Source of the DNA: Azolla caroliniana
Lineage: Eukaryota > Plantae > Polypodiophyta
Reading direction: 5' to 3'
DNA: 64,000 nucleotides
Assembly (NCBI GenBank): GCA_043228905.1
Contig: JBHGNT010000048.1
Location: 122,671 to 186,670, forward strand
The notes below the pieces were generated by a model, which worked only from the letters and a program-made list of their open reading frames with translations, searched no databases and had not been told where the DNA came from. The translations under genes were made by a program, and so were the position numbers. Positions 54,830-64,000 of the stretch are shown one piece after another (position 1 is the stretch's first letter; each line of letters opens with the position of its first letter).

Positions 54830-57800
54830 ATGGCGAGCCTCTTCACTTCCCACATTCCCACGCCCCACCGCCGACGGACCTCCCTCTCTCCTCTGCTCCC
54901 TTCTCCTCCCTCCCTCAGAAGACCAGTAGACGTAATTCGTGTCGGCCGCAGAGCATCACGCATCATCCCTCTGCAGCTCCTCAGAAATGTCCGATCTTCT
55001 TCTGTTGTGAAAGAAGCTATTCCTTCGGAGAGCAAGGTCCCTGAATCCCTCACAGCCAGAAGCTCCTCAAGGTAATACCATCCCGATGATGACTATATGT
55101 ATATGCATTCCTTCTTCCGGCTCATTATTGCTTTACAAAAGGAGGAGTTTGGTTTGGTTTCAAATATTATGATCCCGTTTGGTTTGGTTTTGGTTCGGTT
55201 TTGAATTTCATGGTTTAGCGGTTTAGTGGCTTATCGGTTTTGGTTTGGTTTGGTTTTGAATTTCACACTTTAGCGATTTCAGCTTATGTGGTTTGGTTTA
55301 AAGGTTTATAGGTTTGGTTTGGTTTTGATTTATGATAAACCGATTTGGTTTGGTTCTAAATTTTTCATAAACGGTTTGGATTAAATGGCTTCATAAAATT
55401 TAAACAGTTTGGTTTGGTTTTTAATATAAATAAATGGTTTGGTTTGGTTTCAAGGCCAAGAAACCGAACCGAACCGCGCCCATTGCTATTTATAAGTTTG
55501 TTTGCAACATTTGTATAAATCTTTGTCATTGTCTTTAAGTAGGTCATGCCTGTGATTTTGTCTCGCCTGTGTGCGTGCGTGTGTCTGTACATACATTTAC
55601 TGATTTCCTCTAAATTCATGGTAAGTTCTCGTCACTTCTTTTTATTTAACTCTTGCTTGGGTTCACCTATGAAATCTGGTAGAAAACGCAATATTTTCTT
55701 CCAAAATTTCTATAACAAGGTTATTTGCATGCTTAGAACTGGAGTTGAGCTCTTTCTGTGGTATATGTGTGTGGGTGGTTGATATTGGAACTTGCGTTCT
55801 GGAAAGTTCCACAGAGGTATTAATGATTTCTCATAACTTAATATTATTTCATACTTTCTTGCTTTTGGCTCTGCTTCATGTGTGAATGTGTGTAAAAAGT
55901 ATGCATCTGCTCAAAATTGTATGTGTGTATATGTCTTTGTTGAAAAAATCGTCTTGAACTTGCTGATCAGGAATATGTATTACATTACAAATTCCAGCAT
56001 AAACATAACATTTTCTATTGAGTTCCTGTAAATTTGGCTTTTTTCCTCTTAATTCCATAGTTTTTACGCATGAAAAGGATACAGTTTGGGTTCTTAGTAG
56101 TGAAGGACTGCCAAATATTTGGATCACAACTATTTTCGTTTTATTTTTTATGCAGAGTCAAACGTTACACTCTTTCTGTTTATGTGGGTGATGAGAGTGG
56201 GATGATCAACCGCATTGCTGGGGTTTTTGCAAGAAGAGGTTATAATATCGAATCATTAGCAGTTGGACTTAATAAAGATAAAGCTCTATTTACTATTGTG
56301 GTTTCGGGCACTGATCGTGTACTTCAACAAGTTATGCAACAGCTTTACAAGCTTGTGAATGTTATGCAGGTATTGCGTGCATTTAACTTTTCAATAATTG
56401 CAACACAGTCTATTTGGGAGTTAAAAGTGTGTTGAAAATTGAGCTGGAGCATTGCACATTTGTTTCAGATGGAAAATTTTCTGCTCGTTTAATTCCTAAA
56501 CTTCCATTAAATTGCTGATTGGTGATGATTATGCACTCTTTGTAGCCGTTCACATGAATATCAACAAATGGTCATTTATAGAAGACCTGTTCTTTTACAT
56601 AAACCTCATTTTGATGAACATCACAGAAAACTGTCTCACCCTCAAAACACCTCATTATTGCCAGAAGTGTACAGCCCTTATGCCCTATAAGGGCTGTACA
56701 CTTCACCACCCACGCCACCTTCACCCTCACTCTTGCCAGGCCCATCCTGTTGCAGTTGTTGGAAATTATTTGAACAGAAACAGAGTATGAGCGTGGTGTT
56801 AAAAGGAGACGAGGATCTTGTTTGCAGGATGTACCCTTGAATGAACGGTACTAAAATTAATGATAGTTAATGTAATTTTGGCATGTATAGTCATCAACAT
56901 ATGTCAACACATACATTAGTAATTAGAAATTACCAACCCAAACAAATGGTAGTTTAATCAACATATGTCAACCCTTGAGGAAATTCAGGTGATGTCAAAT
57001 CACTCCCACGTTCTCAGCTGTTACGAGCTTTCAGCTCTTTCTCATGGATTCACAAGTGTCCTAATAATGATATCTGGTAGGAATAAGTGAATGGAAGTCT
57101 CCATGGTGTGTTTGGAAGGATGGCGATGCTTATATTTCAAACTTACGTCCACTGAGCCATGTTATATTTGAGAATCTCCTCAGATGCCTGCATTGGTAAA
57201 AACTCATAAGTAAATATGTTGTATCTGTCTCATGATGTATGATGTAACACACACAGGAAGGATGCTACAAAATGTCGGAAACAAATTTCAGGAAAGACAA
57301 TAGGAGAGCTTATATGCCAAAAATAGATAGACATTGGAACATCATTTTTATCCCGAAGTGTAGTTTTCCCATAAGCCTGGGAATCAGGATTTGAAGTTCA
57401 GAAAATCTCAGATCATATCAGTATACACCTACATTTATCCTCATCTGTTGTTCGACCAATTCTATCTTGGTTGAACTGATCTGATATATGCTCCAATTTC
57501 CCTTTATTTTTCCTGAGAAAATGTAGCAGATTTTTCCTTGAGTTTATAAGATCACTAGAGGTGTTGCCAATAATCGTGAACAGTGATAGGACTTGCTTGT
57601 GCTTGCATAGCTTGCTTGCAAAAGGCTGGCCTTGGGTATTATTCACACATTTGAGTATTTATTTGAAAATTGTTTAAAAAGTGGGGTCTATTTTTTAAAT
57701 TAACAGAAGGCTGATTATCTACGGATCGATTCTCATTTTGGTCCAGAACTGCAGAATTATTGTTTTCTCCATTTACTGGTTCAGGAGACTTAAGTTTGAC

Positions 57801-58922
57801 TTCAGTATGATCATCTTCTGTTCATAGAGTGATTCCTCTATATGCAGTTTCCTAGTTTATGAATACTCGATCTTGTTTTGTGTTTCCAATCTTCTTGTTC
57901 TTTCGGTTTTCATTGTGACGTAATGTGATTGATTCTAGGGCATTTTGACAATATGTGATATGTCTTCAATTAGTCTGAAAGAAGAGTTCCAGATATTTTC
58001 ATATTTTCAGCATATAATGGAGTGAATTTCAGGTTGAGGATTTGTCGAAAGAACAACGTGTTGAAAGAGAACTTATGCTAATCAAGTTGGGCGTGACAGC
58101 TGCAGAGAGAACTGAGGTCTCATCCCTTTTTCATTAATTGGCCTGATATAACCTTGCTGCTCATTTTTTTATTTCTTGGAAATCTCACTGCATTTCAAAA
58201 TGTAAGAACACATTTACTCTAGATAAAGTGTGTTCAAACTCTGATTTTGTTGTGCAGGTACTTGGGCTTATAGACATATTTCGTGGTCGAGTTGTTGATG
58301 TCTCAGAGGACACACTGACAATCGAGGTAGATCTTAAGCAATGAAGCTAGAATCTGAGTTTTTTAGTAATTAAATTGTCACCCAAGATAATAGCCATGTT
58401 TGTGCTACAAGCTATAAGATCATATTGTGGTACAGTTAACGGGTGATCCAGGAAAGATTGCTGCCTTCCAGAGATCTGTGCACAAATTTGGCATCAAAGA
58501 AATTGCAAGGACAGGAAAGGTATCTGCTTGTAAACTAAAACACCATTTATGGGTTTTCTGATAATTCAATTGAGTTCTAATAAACACTTTATTTCATTAT
58601 ATTTTGCACATATAGATTGCATTAAGAAGAGAAACATTGGGACATACTCTCCCATCAAGAAGAATGAATGGATATGACGAAGTTGATAGAGAACCACAAG
58701 AAAAGATGCCAACTGCTGGAGGATCTTCTCTATCCTTAAACGTTGACTTGCCATCCAAGGTAAGTTTTTTTTATATTTGTTTCTCCATATTGTATGAGAT
58801 CTGCAATATCTAACATTTCTATAATGCTACATCTGACATTTCCTACTTAATTGGTCAACTGGATTTGTTGGCATTTTGCATCATAGCAGGGAAATGGTGG
58901 CAACATCTACAATGTTGTTTAG
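54830..58922 (+). CDS. AHASS: Acetolactate synthase (AHAS) small/regulatory subunit, plastid-targeted; apparently single-module, about 289 aa
   Basis: Exons 54830-55071, 56156-56369, 58033-58116, 58258-58326, 58436-58519, 58616-58759 and probably 58890-58922. Ser/Arg/Pro-rich transit peptide, ACT motif [50 protein letters not shown]. The 3' end is less certain. Confidence 0.88.
55136..55485. mobile_element. Degenerate hAT-like MITE in AHAS intron 1
   Basis: Dense GGTTT/AAACC subterminal repeats. Right end AAACCGAACCGAACCGCGCCCATTG is an imperfect inverse of the left end. TSD not clear. Confidence 0.6.
56664..56704. repeat. Perfect 18-bp inverted repeat with 5-nt loop
   Basis: GAAGTGTACAGCCCTTAT-GCCCT-ATAAGGGCTGTACACTTC. 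Confidence 0.9.
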
Positions 58923-59419
58923 AATAGACCATTATATTTGTGTTAAAATTTCTGAAAATGATTTCCCAGGAGAATCTTTCCTTACATATAGTCAACAATC
59001 AACAATGGGCTAAGATACGCTGAAATGCAAGACAATCAAATATTATAAATATAAGTTTACTATCCCTGCTCTGATATAGTTTGACACATCACCAGATGGA
59101 TTTATCAAGCTTTCTTATATGGATACACTCTATCTCATGCATTGCCTAGTGTGATAGGGCAATTCAAGAACTTTTCACTTTAGTTAGAGATTGATATAGG
59201 TAGATATGCATGCAAATATATGGAAGAATAGATTTCATGATTGTGCCAATAAGATATGGAATTTGAAGAACAATGTATTTGCATGCATTGTTCGGAGATG
59301 TGCCCTAGGGTGGATGTTGTAGTCCATATAGCCAGGTTCAATGGACAACATAAAAAGAGGAGAATATTGTGGGTCAAAAGACTATTGGTAAATTATTGCT
59401 AGCTATATTTCAGACCTTG

Positions 59420-61966
59420 GTTTAAGTCCATAGAAGTCCATGTAATTCTTGGTTTGACGATGAATGTAAGGTGTATCTCAAATGGTTTAAGTTCATAGAA
59501 GGGGAAAATGAAAATATTGTTGCATGGCACCTATATAAGAAAGTAGTGAGGAGAATGAAAAGAAGATATTTCCAAATGCAAGAGATAAAAAAGAAAAATT
59601 TGTTTAAGCTCAAACCAAAATTAGTATGGGGACAACTCAAGGGTAAGAAAGAAGATGTGAATGGTCACTTTACAAATAAAGAAATGTTAGACTATGTACA
59701 AATGCTATATATGCATGAAGGTGTGGCTCCTATGGTTGAGAAAATTGAAACACCATGCACTACATGTATTGATATTGATGACATCAATAAGGGAATAAAG
59801 AAGATGGTGAGTGGGAAAGCAACAACCTACGTCTCAAGTGAGCTTTTAAAATGGACAATGCCACATACTCGTCATTGGATTATGACAATTATAGAGCAAG
59901 CTATAAAACAAGGATTTCCAAATGATTGGCGTATGAATTGGATTAAACCAATATTTAAAGCCGGAGATAAGAATCAAGTATCAAATTATCGTACAATAAT
60001 GGTGAGCTCAACTATTGCTAAATTATATAGCACTATTATGGAGCAAAAGATAAGCACATGGGCTGAAAGTACAAGCAAAAGAGGACTTAAGCAAGATTTA
60101 GACCAAAACACTCCACTATGGATCATTTGGTCACATTGAGAGTAATCATGGAAGAGAGTCGACTACAAGGAAAAACACTTTATTTTTGTTTTGTTGATTT
60201 CAAGAAAGCTTTTGATATCGTACCACGAAGTGAGCTTTGGAATAGAATGGTAAAGATTGACATGCCATTCGAGTACTGAGTTGCTGTTGCACGCCTATAT
60301 GAACAAGTTAAATGCCAACTAAAAATGGATAGTGGATTCCCAAAGCACTTTTTAAGTAACATGGGAGTCAAGCAAGGATGTCGACTATCACCCACACTCT
60401 TTGGCTCATGTATTGATAAATTAGAATTAGTGGTGAATAAGGTTGCGAGAGAAGAAGGATTGAATGCCCCCAAATTGATGCAACATGTTATTTTATTGCT
60501 TCTATATGCACATGATGTGGTACTCTTCTCATATGATGTATGCAACATTTACTTGGGGTATTAGAAGAATTTTGCCATAGTAGTGGACTAGCAGTGAATG
60601 TGGAGAAAATAAAATTGATGGTAGTGCAAACCATCCAACCTCTTCATTACTCTATGCTCACATATAGAGGTGAACATATACAATTTGTTTGAAGCTTTAA
60701 ATATCTTGGTATTGATGAGCCGATTGGAAATCGTAATACCTTTTGGAGAACCAATGCAACCAAAGTGATACTCGTGGATGGGAAGTAAAACTATTGTTGT
60801 TCGATGCTATGGTAACTCAAGTATTGCTTTATGGAGTAGAAGTATAGGGTGACACCATCTCTCTTGATGCATGGAATGAGATTGAGAAAATTCAAAAGAT
60901 GTTTTTAAAGAGGCAATTAGGAGTTAAATGCACTACCTCTTACCAGGTTATGATCTTGGAAACAGGTGTTCGACCATAGAAATATTGGCACTCCAAAGAG
61001 TATATAAATACATTACAAAAGTCAAGAATATGCCGAATCATCGATTACCACATCTTGCTTGGAATGTTGGATGTAAACTACAAAAGAATCATAAGAGTAA
61101 GATTCTCTCATCCGGTTGGGTTGTTGACATAAGGAAATGGTTTAGAAGATGGGGTGTGGATGATCTTTTAGAGCTTTCGGGCGCTACTATGCATTATGTA
61201 ATGATCGAGGAAAGGTTGGTGGAATCATTAAGGATGAAGTGGGAAGATGCTAAGAGGACAAAGCTAGAATACTACATTGCAAATGTGAACCCTGAATGTT
61301 GGTCTCAATATAAAGCAAGAATGCTTATTGATCGTATCCAAACTTCTCATTACCAATATGAGTAGTAATGCTCGTAGAGCCCTTACACTACTTCGCACTC
61401 AATCTCATAAGTTAGGTATTTAAGTTGTATCATGGTATCAAAATGTAACGAATTTGAAGACGTGTATGCAATGAAGGCATGGTAAAGGATGAATGTCACT
61501 TGCTCTTCACATGCTTGACATATAGTGCTCAATATTCATTACCAATATGAGTAGTAATGCTCGTAGAGCCCTTACACTACTTCGCACTCGATCTCACAAG
61601 TTAGGTATTGAAGTTGCATCATGGTATCAAAATTTAACGAATTTGAAGACATGTAAAGTATGCAATGAAGGCATGGTAGAGGATGAATGTCACTTGCTCT
61701 TCACATGCTCGACATATAGTGCAATTTGTGTCAAGATATGCTAACATACTAAGAGGGAATGATAACTTAAGTGTCATACTTAAGGCACCACCTAGAAGGT
61801 TGAGCTCATATGTGTATGCTTTATTTACACATAGAGACTTTGTGCTTCAATGTATGAATACCCCTTCTTAGGAAGGAGACACATATCAAGAACACATGTA
61901 TACTCTAGTCCCATAGGTCAAAATTGGCCTCTTTATATATGATAAAATTCTAATTCTAATTCTAAT
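59420..61966 (+). mobile_element. 5'-truncated, decayed non-LTR retrotransposon (RTE/RTEX-like LINE) with (AATTCT)n tail
   Basis: RT motifs YRTIMV, CFVDFKKAFD, GVKQGC.LSPTLF, LLYAHD. C-terminal SHKLGIE...CKVC...EDECHLLFTC. Internal ~189-bp duplication at 61348/61537. Hexamer tail at 61946-61966. Confidence 0.88.
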
Positions 61967-62029
61967 GCCATTTTTGCTGATGCTAATATATTGTTATTTA
62001 TTTATTTATTTTGCTTTGGGACCTGAGTA

Positions 62030-64000
62030 GTGATTTTGGCAGCTCAGGATCATACAAACAAGCAAGATGAACCTTCCAACTCTTTGTAAGGAAGAAGAAG
62101 AGATTGTATTTGGCTAAATTTGAAGATAATTTGTATTGCTTGTTTCTAGGACAAGAAAGTAAAAGAGCACGGAAAATGTTTAATGAGAGGCAACCTACCA
62201 CACAAGTGACCTCACCTCAGGTGTGGCATGAATATGCAAACGTCCTATATGATATCCTAGGGCAACCTCCTCTTTCCCACCCACATGGCTCACACCCACA
62301 TGAATCCATCTTTTTTATTCCATAAAATATAAGAAATGTCATTAATCGGTTACAATTTAGGAAGCCCCAGGATCATGATGGATTGGCTGGTGAGCACTTT
62401 ATCTATGCCTGTGACATCTTGCGCCCATTGCTAGCACACTTCTTTAGCATCTGTAAAGGTTTCCTATTAGATGGAGTCAGCATACCATTGTGCCAATCCT
62501 CAAAAGTGGATATGGCTAAAGTATATGGATTGATTTGGCAATCAGAATTGAGTATATGGGTAGAGTGGAATGGCTGCTGTTCAGCTGGACAGACAGGATT
62601 TCGTAAGGGGTTCACAACTTTGGATCACATATTGACCCTCGGAGTCCTTATCGAGGAGGGCAGAGCCCATAATAAGAGGATTTATTGTTGCTTTGTGGAT
62701 TTCTGAAAAGCCTTTGACACCGTGCCAAGTGCTCGGCTTATGCAACGTCTAGAAGCCCATGGTGTTCCTACAAATATGCAATGGGGAATCTATGCACTCT
62801 ATGGATCCGTGTCAGGAAAAGTGCGGCCTTCCAAGGTTTGTTAGAGGCAGTGGCTAGCACAATCGGAGTGAAGCAAGGATGCCCACTATTGTCCACTCTC
62901 TTTGGTCTCTATATAGATGAGGTATCACATTACATAGAGACATTCAAGGGTTTGGAAGCATGTCTAGTAGGTATAGCTATACAAATATTACTATATGCTG
63001 ATGATATTGTGGTGATTTCCGACTCTTCGGAGGGACGACAAAGACATCTAAAGGCCTTAAAACTATTTTGTACGGACAAAGGTTTGTCGATAAACATGGA
63101 TAAAACTAAAGTGATGGTGTTTAACACCACTCAAGCATGGTAACAAGATCAGAACCAGAATTCTTCTTGGGAGAGGAAAAGGTGGAATACACACACTCCT
63201 ACACATACCTAGGAGTAACATTTACGCGGCCTAGGTTTTCCTTACGGGAGGCTTCTTGTGCCCGACTTTCTTGTGGACATGCAGTCCTCGGTGCCTCGAA
63301 AGACAATGTGCACATTTACAGTTCCAAGAGCCATGAACTAAGCTGTGGTTAGTCGATACACTTGTCGCACCAACTCTTCTCTATGGAGTAGAAATGTGGG
63401 GACTGAGTCTTAACAACACAATTCATTGGTAAGATTTAGAGAAACCTTTAGTGTCTATGATTGCGTGCATGTTAAGGAGTAAACCATCGGTGCTCCAGGA
63501 TATACTCCGGGTAGAGATGGGAGCAACCCATATAATCATTGAGGCATTTTTCGTTTTGGTGACCTTTGTCCAACATCTTTGGGAGCTCCTTAAACAAAGG
63601 TACCCAAGGTCGGCACTTATGTCATCAAGACAACTAGCTGAAAATGGAGACATTCATGTTATAGCTAGGACTGCCGCCATCTAAACATGACCAAAGTGGA
63701 AAAGGATAGAGTGATCCAAACTGATATTTTTAACTTGGAAAACAAGGTAACATGGATCAGCCCCAAAATATCACTTGGTATGAAGATGGCCCACTACAAG
63801 ACACACTTTTTACACACATCGGAGGATGGATTCATCATCAGGCCACCTTATATGGACATACGTCTATCTTATGCGCTGTTCAGTGCGATAGGGCAGTTGT
63901 GAACTTCATCACATCAGATAGAGTTTGAGGTAGGCAAATATACATGAATACCTCTAGAAGAAAGAAGTTGCCAATTGTGTAATCACTTGTATAGTCTCAT
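62030..64000 (+). mobile_element. Second decayed RTE/RTEX-like LINE, running off the window end
   Basis: QTGFRKGFTTLDHI, CCFVDF, GVKQGCPLLSTLF, LLYADD, KTKVMVF, YTYLG, SHQIE...CQLC. Confidence 0.88.

Noticed and set aside
55140-55480. Interstitial telomere-like repeats
   Set aside because: The unit is GGTTT rather than TTTAGGG and has inverted ends typical of hAT subterminal arrays.
57240-57646. Possible nested antisense coding fragment in AHAS intron 2
   Set aside because: Only a vague FWHI-type resemblance, with stops and no supportable homology.

Overview
This is eukaryotic land-plant genomic DNA. A seed-free plant such as a fern is likely, inferred from the transposon types and the (AG)n/(CTT)n richness. 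Four spliced genes can be reconstructed by eye: a RING-finger/vWA E3-ligase-like gene (+, 10561-13521), TRAPP subunit TRS33/TRAPPC6 (-, 45028-41882), 26S proteasome ATPase RPT3 (+, 48678-52592, with an apparent +1 frameshift in a poly-C tract) and a plastid acetolactate-synthase regulatory subunit (+, 54830-58922) that appears to stop after one of the two modules usual in plants. The rest is transposon-rich. It holds one full-length decayed Ty1/copia element (23229-29088, TSD ACCTT), a rearranged nested copia (1537-4786), six solo LTRs with target-site duplications, hAT-type MITEs, an L1 fragment, two RTE/RTEX-like LINEs and faint Helitron remnants. The most unusual signals are an LTR family combining a tRNA-like A/B-box cassette with a heat-shock element and TATA box, the single-module AHAS regulatory subunit, decayed copies of the exon-1 splice donor inside RPT3 intron 1, and a tRNA-sized triple repeat upstream of RPT3. 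All coordinates were read manually, without alignment tools or database searches.
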